Part shown: piece after piece, positions 37,312 to 49,908 of the stretch | Layout of the letters: each line of letters begins with the position of its first letter | Position numbering within the stretch: the first letter of the stretch is position 1 | Virus record (IMG/VR): IMGVR_UViG_3300045988_164075 | Strand: one strand, 5' to 3' | Length of the DNA stretch: 64,000 bases | Source: a virus | Notes under the pieces: generated by a model | What the model was told of the DNA's origin: nothing | The model's input: only the letters and a program-made list of their open reading frames with translations | Database searches by the model: none | Translations under genes and position numbers: made by a program

Positions 37312-38472
37312 TTATGAAATTTCATTTCAAAATATATCTAACTTTCCATCCGTTCCTACTTGAATTGCAGAATTAGCAGAAACAATTTTTGCTACATTCA
37401 CTACTAAACTTCTAGAAGTACCAGAACCACTTATAGTTAATGTTTCATCAGGACTAGTTAGAGATGTAATACCTCCTGATACTGCTGTTTGAATACTATT
37501 ACTAAGAGCTTGCATTCCAGCTACAATTGTTTGATCTGCTCCAACATCAACTCCACCAGTAATAGCAGTACCAATCTTAATTGTTGAACCTTTTAAACCT
37601 GTTAAATCAAGTTTTAAACCATCTGCTGATTTAGATAATGCTGAATCTGTAGCAGCGTCAAGTTTAAGATCGATTGTATTTTCTTCTGAAATTGTAATCG
37701 CCTCACCTGCAGTAAGTGAATCTTGTTTATCTTCAACAGAAGTTTGTAAAGATTCAATATTAGACTTATTAGTTCTAATTTGATTAAGATCTGTATCAGA
37801 AATTAAACCAGAACCTTCTACTTTATCAACTTTATTATTAAGTTGATTAGTAACTGTAGTAATCTGTTCTTGTAAATCTGTATCAGTAGCTTCAAGTTCT
37901 GTTTTAACTTCAGAAATAGCACCATCAACTTGAGATTTTGTATAATAACCTGAAAGATCAATAGTTCCACCTAGCGGATCCCATTGAGTTCCATCCCAAG
38001 CATAATTAGTTCCAGCAGGAGTAGTTTCATGAGCTGCAACTACATTCCATACATCTCCTTTTTTATTTCCTTCAGAAGGAAGTTCTTCATAAGTATCTTT
38101 TGTACCTTTATAATCTAAAGCTGAAGTGACAGAAGATCTTAACTCATCTACAAGCGTTTTTAAAGCTTTACCTTGAGCAGCAGATAAAGCAGCATCTGTT
38201 CTATCGCTTTCAAGAGAATTGATAATTTCTACAACAGTTCCAGTTGCAAGAGTTTCCCAAACTCTATTAGAACCATCTTCATCAAAACTCTTTAATATAT
38301 ATGCGGTTTTATTTTCTTTTACATAAACAATAAGACCTTCTACTAACTGAATCGTAGGCATTGCGTCACGATCAGCAATAGATGCTTGGATTGTTCTATT
38401 GTCGAGTGGTAGATTCGCACCTAAATCAAACCCAGAACCTACCGAAATGCCTTTACCAAAATATTCTGCCAT
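37312..38472 (-). CDS. tail fibre protein, 386 aa
   Basis: ORF 37327-38472 ends in TGA. Four more codons follow before TAA 37312-37314. Confidence 0.7.
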
Positions 38473-38474
38473 GA

Positions 38475-39572
38475 TTAGTTAAAGTTTACATAGTAAGTAC
38501 TAGGTTGAGTCATTTTACCCGATAGATATACGGTATAGTTAACCGATTGTCCATCTAAACAAGTAACCTGAACGGTACTAGTGGTATAAGTTCCAGTTAC
38601 ATCAAAGTTGTTACTATCTTTAATATTTGATACGTTCCATCCTGTTGGAGCAGCAAAACAAATATATTGTTCAGTAATTGGTCCAGAAACTTTAACAGTT
38701 TTCTTTGCAGATACAGTTTTAGTCATTCCTTTAATTACTTCTTGAGTAATATTATTTGTTGAAACTAATCCTGAGTAAGCTGGGCGATAACCTGTTACGG
38801 TTACTTTACTAGAATCTACGGATCCCGCAGGAAGTGGTGTTTGATAATTATTTCCTTTTGAATCTTTTGGTTGAGGACCTTGTGCATACACCGCACGATA
38901 ATAATAATCCATTGCTCCAGCCACTACTGTTTCTGGAAGATCCTCTATTTTACTTGAACCATATAAAATTTTAGAAGCTTCAGTGTCTTGTGCACCAGCT
39001 CTATTATTTTGTTTTGTACCTGCTAAATTAATTGCGCCAGCATTAAAACTAACGTTAAAATTAGCAGTAGTTGGAGCAACTGCTCCAATTTCTTGAATAT
39101 TAGAATAGCTTTTTAAAGAAATACTAGCACTAGGATTAGTGAATGTAGGATTAACCGTAGGGAAAATGAGTGTATCAAAAATTTCATTATAACTTTTACC
39201 AGTTAATTGAGCTACTGTTGTACCAGCAGCAATTCCTCCTAGTTTTTCTACAGTAGATACTGTTGAGGACAAACTAGACGAATAATTTCCACTCAAACTA
39301 TCTAATTTAGCTTTATCTTCTTTAGACATCAAACCGTCTAATACTTCTGACGCTTTCGCTAAAGCTACATCAGTAGTATCTCCACTAGTATAGTGTATAG
39401 TTAAACAATTATTTGTAGAATTTAATGTAATGTCTTGTACCTTACCTCCCCCATATGAATGGTTGTTCATAAATATTTCATAAGTATCGGTACAAAAGTA
39501 TATCCCATTGCCATGTTGACTAGCGTCATACGAGCTTTTTGGGCCTCTGTAAAATAATACTGGAACTGCCAT
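38475..39572 (-). CDS. tail fibre protein, 365 aa
   Basis: Intact ORF, TAA stop, no TGA. Confidence 0.75.
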   Translation of the reverse strand: MAVPVLFYRGPKSSYDASQHGNGIYFCTDTYEIFMNNHSYGGGKVQDITLNSTNNCLTIHYTSGDTTDVALAKASEVLDGLMSKEDKAKLDSLSGNYSSSLSSTVSTVEKLGGIAAGTTVAQLTGKSYNEIFDTLIFPTVNPTFTNPSASISLKSYSNIQEIGAVAPTTANFNVSFNAGAINLAGTKQNNRAGAQDTEASKILYGSSKIEDLPETVVAGAMDYYYRAVYAQGPQPKDSKGNNYQTPLPAGSVDSSKVTVTGYRPAYSGLVSTNNITQEVIKGMTKTVSAKKTVKVSGPITEQYICFAAPTGWNVSNIKDSNNFDVTGTYTTSTVQVTCLDGQSVNYTVYLSGKMTQPSTYYVNFN

Positions 39573-39585
39573 TTAATTATTGTTT

Positions 39586-41409
39586 TTAATTAATATCGAT
39601 TCATGTAAGTGTTCCTGCAGCAATAATTTTTTGTTCTAAAACATCAACTTGCTGATCTATTTCGGTTTTAGTATAATAATTAGTTAAATCTGCTACGGTT
39701 TTGCCTGATCCTCATAGTTCTCATCTATGTGTACCTTGCCCGTTATCTATTCAAACATATTCATCAAACAAATCATTTCCACTTGAAAGATGATTAGGAA
39801 CTAAATATATAACATTAGTTTCTCCAGATTCAGGTAAAGATTGAACTATTTTAAAACTAACATTATCTCATGTAGCAATTTGTCCTAAAGTTTCAATAAA
39901 TTGTTCTTCTGTCAAAGTTCCTCCACCTTGAACATATTGTTCATAAGCTGAATAACCTCTCGGCCCTCTATATTGCTCATCATCAGCATTCGTTGGATCA
40001 TATCAGATCATATTCTGACAATCATCATAGGCAGGATTTTCAGGATGCATTTCCTTATATTCACAAGGTGATTCTGGTCCAACATGAATGTTTTGATCTC
40101 CAGGAGCTCCTTGGGGAATATAAAAATCAAATACTGCATTAGTAGGGTCAGAACTAATATTTTTTACATTAGCAGGTTCAGTATATTCTACTGTAGTAGT
40201 TTTATTAACAGTAACAGTAGCATTATCTCCCTTTTCTCCATATACTCTACCCGCGTCTTGTATTTCGTTATTAGTTAGAGTAACTATTAAATGAGCATTT
40301 TCATTAATTAGTAAAGTTTTAATTCCAACTCCTCTAATTTCTTCAAGACTACAAATATTCGTTCATCCTCCCTCAGAACCATAATATTTCCATTGTATGT
40401 GTCCATCTGCTCTTCGTAATAATACTTCTCTGCCATCTTTGCCACCATTTCCTTGAGGACCTCTTACATTTCCTAAATCTCTAGCTTGGTTTTCAGAAGA
40501 TAATCGAACTCATAAATGAAAACGTTCATCGATAAAAACATCTTCTATTGTATCTCCTTTAGGACCAATTAGTTCACTTAATGGAACTAATGAATACCAA
40601 TCGTCTAAATTTTCATATTTTCATTGAAGTTCTATTCCATTGTTTCTAATTATTACAGGAACTCCATTTTTTCCAGTAATGTCTGACAATGGAAGTAGAT
40701 TGTATCAATAAACAGAGTCATAAGAAAACTGTATATAATTACTAGCAACTCTTAAATTTACATTATCTCCTTTCTCTCCTTTAGGACCAGGATCTCCTTT
40801 TTGTCCAGGATCTCCTTTTTGTCCAGGATCTCCTTTTTGTCCAGGATCTCCTTTAGGTCCTATTAGATTTACGTAGATTCACGTTTCCTCATTTTCTCTT
40901 TTAACTCCTAAATTTGTCCCATCCCATTTAAATTGCAATCCAATTCCGTCTTCTCCGTCTTCTCCTTTTTGCCCTGGATCTCCTTTATCTCCTTTGATTA
41001 GAGCAGGATCTGGATTAGGTAAGTTTCCGTTATTCTCTCAACTTAACATTCCTGAACTAGGATCAAAGTGAGGAATAAAAACAGCACCTTTTTCGCCTTG
41101 TGCTCCAGGTTGACCTTGCATTACTAGAGTTCAATATTCATTATTTACTTTACTAACTAATGGTTCAGAGTCAATACTAACATCATTAGATCAATGTGTT
41201 TTTTTACAAGCAAAAAGAGCATTATCGTGAGAAACAAAATCGACAGTATATTCATCATTAAAGTAATGACTGTTTGGATTTCACTCCTCATATCTAAACG
41301 ATAATCCACGATAGAAATCAATAGTATTATTGTAAGCAAATGTTTGACGTGAAATATTATTTTCGATATTAGAAGTATTTAAATTTCCTGAACTAATTGT
41401 TCTCTTCAT
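39586..41409 (-). CDS. collagen-like tail fibre protein, 607 aa
   Basis: ATG 41409. Hand translation with about 14 in-frame TGA codons. Several G-X-Y runs, including GPKGDPGQKGDPGQKGDPGQKGDPGPKGEKGD. TAA at 39586-39588. Confidence 0.6.
40787..40854 (-). repeat. perfect 18-nt tandem repeat, 3.8 copies (encodes GDPGQK units)
   Basis: The plus strand reads ccaggatctcctttttgt three times, followed by a partial copy. Confidence 0.9.
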
Positions 41410-41593
41410 AATATTGAATTATTTTAAAATAATCGTTTCTAGATATATCTCCGTTTTCTATATAATCTATTGTGTTCATAAGATCATCTAGAAATTTTAA
41501 AGTTTGTTTATCATATGTATATCCGAATTTTAATTTTTCTAATTCTGATAGATACACATTTAAAAAGATATTATATAGTTGCTCCACAATCAC
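41393..41593 (-). CDS. possible small protein, 66 aa (GTG start, overlaps both neighbours)
   Basis: ORF-track entry only. TAG stop. No independent support. Confidence 0.3.
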   Translation of the reverse strand: MIVEQLYNIFLNVYLSELEKLKFGYTYDKQTLKFLDDLMNTIDYIENGDISRNDYFKIIQYYEENN

Positions 41594-42380
41594 ATTTATT
41601 ATAATTTGTCTCTCCTAATATATCTTTACATATATAATTACACGAAGTCAAGTCTTCAATTATACGTTGTGCTTCTAAATAACTTCCTTGTTCAATTAAA
41701 CAACTTAAGATATATACAGAATCAAATAGAAAATTTCGCATATTTCTTATAGATTCATCAGATGAGCAATTATCATATGTACACTTACTATTAAGATTAT
41801 CATAAATCATCTTCTTTTGTAACGAAATTAAACATTTATTTAAATAACAAATAGATACAATTTGTTTATTCGTTCAATATTCAATTTCATCGGTTATTAA
41901 ACTAGATAATTCAGAATAATCTTCAACTTTCTTTGCAGATTCTACGGTTAACGTTTCATTTTGTCCATCGGTTGTTCCTATATAAATATCTCAAGTGTTT
42001 CCATTACTATAATAAAACAATTTCCCATTCGCATTATATGTATCCGTACCTGAAGATTTAAGATGTTTTAATTTTTCAATACAATATTTGTTATATATAT
42101 ATAAACCATCTTTAGGTAACTTATACATATAAGGAGTTCGAATATCATTTGTTTCTAAATCTAAACATCTTATAGAGTCTTCGAGAACAGTTAAATCATC
42201 TGTACTATAGGAATTATTTTCTAGGAAATCAATAAATACATGCTGTTTTCAATCACTATTTTCTTCTTGTCATTTTTCATAACTATGCTCAAAATTAGAC
42301 GTTCCTGTAATATCTGTTACCTGTAAATAACATCCAGACGTCATAGTTATTTCTACTTCAATTGGACGTGATGCACTCAT
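41571..42380 (-). CDS. hypothetical protein downstream of portal, 269 aa
   Basis: ATG 42380 (MSASRPIEVEITMTSGCYLQV...) reads through several TGA into ORF 41571-41810. TAA stop. Confidence 0.55.
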
Positions 42381-42384
42381 CTGT

Positions 42385-43419
42385 TTAAATATTTGTTTTT
42401 ATTTTATTGTTATATGGATTTGAGTCATATAGCTGCATTTGTTCAACTTGGATTTGTTTTTCCTTTGTATCAATTACTCTATCATTATAATCCTTATTAT
42501 CTCGGATTTTTTGCTCTTCTAAAGAAATACGTTTACGCTCTAGATCAAGTTTTTCTTTACTATTTTTATCAATCTGATTTAACAGTTTTTTGTTTTCTGA
42601 ACTAAGTTGTTCTAGCTGTCTTTGATTTTCTTGAATTTGAGCTTCATATTGTTGTATACGTTGTTGTAATTGCATTAATTGATCGTTTTCAAGCTTTTTA
42701 GATTTCATTGAACGTGTTATATAACGTTCTAAGTCATTCATATTTTTAGCTTTGAAGATATTAACTACTAACTCAGAATCAGCCAATCCCGCTTTAATTA
42801 ATTCAGGACTAACAGATTTTAAAGCCTCCATATCTCTATATGTTCGAGTACTATCTTCGATATGAATATCAAAATCAGTTATAGTATAGTGTTCAGGCAA
42901 TGCAGTAAACAATTTAGCATATTTATCTCCTAAAATTATTGCACCTTTTAATCCCTTTTTAAATACTATTTTAGCTAGATTTAACATATCATAGTTAACT
43001 TCTTTATACATTAAATCCATTGCATCAAAGTACTGTTTAGTTAATAGAGTAGATTGTTTAATTCCAACTTGTACGTTTGAAACAGCGTCTCGTTGCTCTA
43101 TTTGACCTAGTTTTTCTTGGAATACTCCTGTAATAGATGATGCTTGTTGTTCAACAGATTGAATTGCAAGTTGTATTGCTTGTATTGCTTGAACTTTCAC
43201 TGTATCGTCAAATCCGTTAAAAATAGTATTTAACGATTGCCCTTCTTGAGAACTATCTAAAATAGCTACTCCATTCTTTTTTCAAGCTAATCACTTTTGA
43301 ATTCTTTCAGGCATTTCAACTCCTAATGCTTCAGGAACGTTAGCTAAGTCTAACCATTCGCCAACAGTTCCACTAGAAGCAATTAAGTTGTCTCTATAGA
43401 ACAATAGCATATCGTATTT
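42385..43419 (-). CDS. portal protein exon 2
   Basis: The frame of ORF 42385-43200 extends upstream through TGA codons to KYDMLLFYRDNLIASSGTVGEW..., directly after an intron tail that ends ...gaacacaaATG. Confidence 0.6.
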
Positions 43420-44551
43420 CATTTGTGTTCACATAAGTTCGTTACTCTTATGCCGTCTATTTAGACTGCTACATATTTCTATGTAGATCAGACTATATCA
43501 TATATAAATTAATGTTTTGTAATATAATTGTTAATAAATCTTCTTGAAAACATTCAGTAGATGTTTTATTTGGCCAATTTTGAGGAACATACAAATTATT
43601 TTTAATAATCTTTTTTAATTCCGCTTCAAAATTTACACATGCTTCAAATTCATTAAATTCAATAATTTTAAGAACATCGATGTTATAATTTAACTTTTTG
43701 TAGTCATCAAATCTTCTTAAGTTTCCATCAGTTTTCTTATATGTGATTCCTAATTTATAAAATTTTTCTGTTGAATTTGATAATTTAATTAGATAAAACA
43801 CATTACTTTTTGTTCAATTGGTATTACATTTTATACAACCACAGCCCGAAAATATATAATCATTATCTATTTTAACTTCTCCATGAATAGGACAAATTAA
43901 TATACATTTTCCATTATGCCGATTTGTAGATTCAATTTTAAAATCATAAACATTATTATACAAATAACGTAACTGTTTATAAAAATAATCTTTTCTATTA
44001 ACCGCACTACGAATATTTGGAGTGTGACCAGCTAATAATGCATCAGGAGAAATAGAAACTATTCCATATCGTGTATCAAATAGCATTTTATCCTTCATTT
44101 TTGTATACTCAGATAAAGGATGAATTTGATTATATATCTTAGGTTCTTTGTCTTTTAACATATTCATAAAATACTCAGTTCTATTAACCGCTAGTAATAT
44201 TCCTGGACGATTATTAAATAACTGTTTAGCCTGAGTTAATTTTATAATACCGTATCTATCTTTAACAATAATTGGTTGTGATAAACCTTTAAAGTGCCCA
44301 ATGACTTCAAGCTCCCCATTATATAGTTGCTTTACTTTTTGTTTATAATTTTCTTCGTTATATTTCATAACTACTTATTAATTTATTAACAATTATCTTT
44401 AATTTATACTTCCGCGCTTCGGATCACTTGATCCTACATAATAGTCGTTGAACCTTCCATTTTTATATGGCTTGGCTGCTGATTGCCCTCGACTTTACGT
44501 TAGGGGTTTCCAGCAATTCACGGAATTTAGACAGGACTCATACTAATGTTA
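43420..44551 (-). mobile_element. group I intron in the portal gene, carrying a homing endonuclease gene
   Basis: Same core family as the MCP introns: plus strand aatagtcgttgaac (about 44440), ggctgctgatt, ccagcaattc (about 44510) and gatcagactatatc (43487-43499). P9 is ctacata-GAAA-tatgtag. Confidence 0.7.
43493..44368 (-). CDS. homing endonuclease, 291 aa: Zn-ribbon N-terminal part plus T5orf172/GIY-YIG-superfamily C-terminal domain
   Basis: ORFs 43814-44368 (CPIHG...CGCIKC) and 43493-43801 (FYLIKLSNSTEKFYKLGIT...) share a frame, joined by TGA 43814. The TAG stop lies inside the S element. Confidence 0.65.
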
Positions 44552-45739
44552 ATCCTGTAGATCAGAAGTAGCTAAAATAAGAGAGAACGGTTGCCCGTTT
44601 TTATCTAAAAAGAATGTTCCGTTAACTGATAATGTACATTTACTTGGATAATCAGAAGAGCGCACTACATATTTAGATTCACCTCTAGTAATATAAATAT
44701 CATTTCCAATTTTTACACCTTCGTGTCTAGTTAAATACCCTGTTTTTTTATTAACTTCAAGTCATTCAACTTCATAAACTGGAATTGTATTAAGCAATCT
44801 ATGTCCATTTATTGTTTCATCAAATGGCAACATTGGAGTTACTTCTAATCCTCCTAATATACCTGTACTTGTTCCTTCTAAGATAGTTCCTGTATCAGTT
44901 CTAATTTCTGTATTAGCTGCTGGAACTCTTACAAATACACTATTAAAATATGCTTGATTCTTATGAAAATCATTATCTAAAGATTCTAGAGCTTCTGAAG
45001 TTAATTCATCGTGATACCGATTAATTATTTCCTCTTTAGTCATGTACTTACGAATAACTGCTCGATAAGAATCTTTTAAATAATAAGAATTAGTATTACG
45101 TTCAATAAAGGTATTTAGAGGATTTAATATTTCTAATGATACATTTTCTCCATTTTCAGTTGGAATCACTCGATAATAACATGTTCCTGTAATCAAGAGA
45201 TCTAAAAATAACTCTCGCATCTTATTTTTTAAATCTATGTTGCGAGATTGACGTAAATATATTAGTATATTTTGTGCTGCAATTTCATATTCAGAAGTGA
45301 AAGATTCTTCTGTATCTGCAATTAATTTATCTAATTCTGCCTGAATAAATGGATCATTATTTGCAAGTTCTCTGTTATCTAATAGTATCGGAATAATAGA
45401 ATTTTGTAAATATGATTTTAAATACTTATAGACAGTTTCGTTAATTTTTAATTGCTTTTCTCGCATAATATTAGAAACAGTTTTAGAATCTTTACAAGAT
45501 ATTTTTAAATCAGGTTCTAATCCTAAATACTCTCCAATTAATACATCAATATGTTTTTTAATTAAAGGAGTAAAATTAATAGAGGTAGGAGTACCTATTC
45601 CAAAATTATCTTCTAAATGTCTAAACTGTTCTGCATCTCTAGTACAATGATAATAGTTATATGCTTTTCTAAGCTTAACTTTATCGTAGACCAGTTCAGC
45701 AATTGTCTTTTTAATTTTTTCAATATCTGTATTATTCAT
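44552..45739 (-). CDS. portal protein exon 1
   Basis: ORF 44762-45739 continues through TGA 44762 to ...FSLILATSDLQD, then TAA inside the intron. The spliced product is 740 aa, and the DLQD/KYDMLLFYRDNLIASSG junction looks portal-like. Confidence 0.65.
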
Positions 45740-46041
45740 TATAATATATCGTTATTACAATAATCGTCTGTATCGATACATTGTGACTCATATCATTCGT
45801 GTTTAATTGCTCGGAAATGATGTGCTCGTTCTATTTGGCGTTTACGTAAGTCCTTAGCAATAAACTTTAGAAATGATTCTTTATCTCCTTGATAATTAAT
45901 AACCATAGGAGACATTTCTTGGTTTAGATATAAGTTTAATGTAAAATCATCTTCACTTTCGATTACTTTTAAGTGTCCAATATACTTACAACATGTAACT
46001 TTTTCAATAATATCTAAAACCTCTTTTTCTAATTGTGTCAT
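45739..46041 (-). CDS. hypothetical protein, 100 aa
   Basis: ORF 45793-46041 reads through TGA 45793 to a TAA that overlaps the portal ATG (TAATG). Confidence 0.55.
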
Positions 46042-47610
46042 GTTGTTGGAATTATACCATATCGTTTATATCCTCTGTCGTCAATATATCATCCAATATC
46101 TTTTCAAGTTTTAGTAACTTCGTTTTTAACTTTAGGATTAATTCCAGTTAATTCTTCATCCGCCATTTCACACATCCCAAGAGCAGCTACAATATCAAAT
46201 TTTCTTTTATTTTCGTATGAATAGTTTAGTAACTGTTCAAGCATTTCATCAGAATCAATTCCATAACAGTAATCATTTACAAAGTTATTAATCAATTCTA
46301 ATCCATGTTTAATAATAGTTTCTGTTGCAGGTACCCCTATCATGGCCGAATTTCCTTTTTTTATATCTCCTAAACTAGATTTTGGACGTCGCATAAATAG
46401 AGAATCTTTCTTTTTTTCTCTAAAGTAAGTTAATATACTGATTTTTGTATGTTCAAGTAACGCCTTACAATTGTACCATACTAAAATCTTCATTGCGTTT
46501 TCATAAGCTTCTCGTATGTCTCTTGGGCGATCTTTATAAATACAAACATATTTAGGTTCGTTTAAACCAAATACTCTTCTTTTTACAACAATACAAAAAT
46601 CTGATACATCGTATTGTGTTGCAGAATCCCCAGTACCCTGATCGATAGAGTCTATTCCTGCAACATATAAATTATTATATATATTACCTTCGCTATCTCG
46701 TTTTGGTTCTTCGTAAACTAATATTTTACTATTAGGACTAGATACTGCTTTAACTTTATTTCGAGAATTATCGTTATCTTCTCTATCTCATAATAACGCT
46801 ATATGTTGAGGAGAAGTTCCCATTTTATGTACTCGAATCTGAGTAATTCTATCTGCAATTAATACGGAATCAAATATATTTTCACCTTGTCGTAATAATG
46901 CTTCTTTAGGAGTAAAACAATATTCTGAACAATACTCTAATAACCGTTCTCCTGATTTTAATTTGCGTTGTTCTTCATAAAAAGCTTTAGCTCGTTTAGT
47001 ATCGGTTACTCCTCGATTATCAACATATCCAGGACGCATCATAAATTCATATGCTGGAATAAAGAACCCAGTATACTGTGCAGTACCATCATCTGAATAG
47101 AAGTTTTTATATGGAAGTACTCCTGCGCTTAATGGATCTTCAAACATTTTAGCTAAACCAGCTAGAGCAGGCCCCATATCACCTCCCGTCCCTCATGCGA
47201 TCTTAATCCCGACTCTAGCTCCTCCTAGTTCAACTAGAGCAGTACCTTGCGTTCACGATGTTGAAAGTATTGGATTAGATCCAGCCTCTTCAAATAAGAG
47301 TCTATCTACACGTTCACCTCTAATTTTTCTTGGGTGATCTGCTGTTATTCCTTCTATATCAGCCATTCGCCCAAATTCTATGCCTTCACTATCAACAAGA
47401 GATGCACGTTTGTGTTTTATATTATCAATTTTCTGACGAAGTCGTTTCATACCTCCGTCAGTATTTTGATTTAATCAGTTTAATTGTACTCAGCATTTAC
47501 CTAATACAGTATCAACATAACTCTCAGTATATGCTGTATAAATAGTAGTAAAACCTTTAGTAGTAATAAAAGGACGAACACCTAAACAAGCTCCAATTTC
47601 TGAAAAACCT
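46029..47610 (-). CDS. terL: terminase large subunit exon 2
   Basis: Fragments 47253-47450 (ADHPRKIRGERVDRLLFEEAGS), 46788-47177 and 46104-46493 are in one frame, linked by TGA (47253, 46104 and others). TAG at 46029-46031. Confidence 0.7.
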
Positions 47611-47877
47611 CAATTTTTGTTATCTCTAAGGCTTTTTATCCCTAGACTCTTATAATTTCTTATAAGTTCAGCATATATTTTCATCCTTAACTAAATATTA
47701 GGATGTTTCGCTCTCGTGGAAAGTTTATCTCTGTGATTCCTTTCTATGCGTTACGATGGTCAGTGATTAATTGACTTATCTCGCTGTTAACATAGTGATT
47801 TTAATCACCTTAGTCTTCTGCGATATAGCGAAATTTATTACTTTTATATTACTATAAAAGAGGGCAGGTATTAGTTT
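47611..47877 (-). ncRNA. group I-like intron in terL (no ORF, 267 nt, core unlike the MCP family)
   Basis: Non-coding structured block. P1 pairs ggggU with Gccct. P2 is cttttata-GTAA-tataaaag. Further helices are tcgct/agcga and gtgatt/aatcac. It ends in G (47611). Splicing gives LKSRGV-GFSEIGA. Confidence 0.6.
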
Positions 47878-48512
47878 ACCCCACGAGATTTTAATGCAAC
47901 ACAATCTTTATAAAGATATTCGCACATTTCTAGATAGTGAAAATATTCATATTGTTTTGCAAAAAAAGTTGGAAATGCTTCGGTACGTCCAGCACCAGCT
48001 TTTTTCTCTCCATCAACAGTTTTCATTCGATAGAAATTCAAAAAGAAATAATGATCTCCAGTTATCCTATATTTTCCAACAGTATAACCATCTACACAAC
48101 GTTTATACTGTTCTGTTCAATAATCACGATAAGGTTTACTATTTTTAGGATATTCTGTATAATGTCCTCTTTCCATAAACAATCTACCTGCCTCAGTAAA
48201 TGGAGTTGGATCAAAATCTAAACCTTGAGTTTCATTTATAGGTCTATAACCAGTTAATTCATAAGATAATTCTGGATCAAAATATAATATTTCTTCATCA
48301 AGAGGAACATCTCACGCACCATTGCGTTTTCTATGTCCTTCCTTAGGAAACTCATAATATGGACTTTCCTCTTCGTCTTCTGTTTTTGATACAGTTACAT
48401 CTTGAAATAATTTCTTTTTTAATTCTTCTTCATACCTGTCTGCAAATGTGGGTAAAGTTGCAGGAGGATTTTTTCTTGGTCTACCTCGTTTTCGTTTTAC
48501 TTCTTGTTCCAT
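47878..48512 (-). CDS. terL: terminase large subunit exon 1
   Basis: ORF 48312-48512 reads through TGA 48312. It continues ...FPTFFAKQYEYFHYLEMCEYLYKDCVALKSRG and is closed by TAA two codons into the intron. Confidence 0.65.
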
Positions 48513-48523
48513 TATTTATATTT

Positions 48524-49120
48524 TTATCTTTGGAGTTGATCCATATCTCCAAAACCTGGCTCGTTATCTGCTCTTAATTTGGATTGTGCTTTTAAACCTT
48601 TCTTATATGTAAGTTCAAGCTCCTTTAAATAAGCATCCATTTTTCCAATTTGAGTTAAACTTTCCATAATTTTTTTAGGATCGTTAATATATTTACCTCC
48701 ATTTAATTCATCTCTTTCGTTAAAATCGATTGAATCTAAAAATACTCTCATCTTTTCTAAAGTTCTAAATGCAGTTTTAATCAAACTTAGAATTCTTGAT
48801 GAATCTTTAAGTTCTATATATTTTCTACAAGCAGCTCTAAAAGTTTCATCATTAAACTCTTTTTCAGTAAGTCCGCTATCTTCCATAGCTGCTTGATGTT
48901 TCTCTTGTTCTAAGTATTCAAAATATGGAGATTTATAGTCTAAAGCTAAATAAATATATGCAAATTCTCTGTAAGCACGTAAACGTTTAATACCTTTAGG
49001 ATCTTCTTTACATTTATTTCTGTCTTCGTTTCATAGAGCTGCAAATTCTTTAATTAGCAAAATAGAATATTCATTAATCTCTAATCTCTGTAAATCATTA
49101 TTAAATATAAATAAATCCAT
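48524..49120 (-). CDS. hypothetical protein upstream of terL, 198 aa (small-terminase position)
   Basis: ATG 49120 (MDLFIFNNDLQRLEINEY...) reads through one TGA into ORF 48524-48886. Confidence 0.55.
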
Positions 49121-49139
49121 ATTATTCCTTATAAAACAA

Positions 49140-49160
49140 AGAGATGTATACTACATCTCT
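49140..49160 (-). terminator. 9-bp hairpin followed by a T-rich tract
   Basis: agagatgta-tac-tacatctct sits directly after TAA 49160-49162. Confidence 0.45.
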
Positions 49161-49903
49161 TATTTAACTCCATATTCTTCCCATCTTTGTTGATAAAAAT
49201 CATATTCGGGCGATCCTTTTTTATACAAATGTGGCTTAACTGCAATGTCAGTAGGATCTGCAATTCTCTTAAAAGATGTATCAGGAACTATAACTTGTCT
49301 TTCAACATATCCCTCATTTGGAGTTATAATTCGATCTTTAAAATTTATAGGAGAATAAACAACTCTTTTATATGTTCTAGTAGGACCACTAACAAGTTTT
49401 GGAAGTTTTGTTTCTTTAGCTCGATTAAAGCCTCAATCAAATCCTAGTCAATCTAGAAAAGTTCCTATAAGTCCAGGTTGATAAGGAATATAACTAGTTT
49501 TATTTTTGTTTTCTTTAACTTCTGTTCCTTTTTCAGCTTTTACAATTTTCTTAGTATCACATCCGCAGGCACATTTTTCAACAACTCCTCCATTCTCTAA
49601 TACTTTGTGCATTTCACATCCACAGGAACATTTCTTAGTTTTTAGTTTGCCACCTTTTTTATGCAAAGAAACAATGTAATCTAATTTACTTGTAGGAAGA
49701 ATTCCTCCATTAGCAAATTTAGAAGGGTCTTTATCTTGTTCTTCTAAGAACGTATTCATTAGAGTCTGAATAGTTTGTTTACCTTCGTCTGTTTCATATA
49801 ATCGATTTAAATCTTCTGCAACTTCTTCTAAAGATTTGCCTTTAAATTCTTCAAATTTTGTTGGAAGTCATTCTAAAAATTTTTGTATTTTCTTTTCGTC
49901 CAT
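49160..49903 (-). CDS. hypothetical Cys-cluster protein, 247 aa
   Basis: ATG 49903. ORF 49448-49759 is in frame and extends through TGA 49448 to TAA 49160. Contains CSCGCEMH...CACGCD. Confidence 0.55.
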
Positions 49904-49908
49904 TTTAT

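Noticed and set aside
47612-47690. An in-frame ATG (MKIYAELIRNYKSLGIKSLRDNKNW...) that would let the second half of TerL be translated on its own.
   Set aside because: It would duplicate the P-loop context (ALKSRG then IKSLRDNKNWGFS). The segment folds into hairpins of the intron 3' domain, and splicing at 47878/47610 gives a cleaner KSRGVGFS motif.
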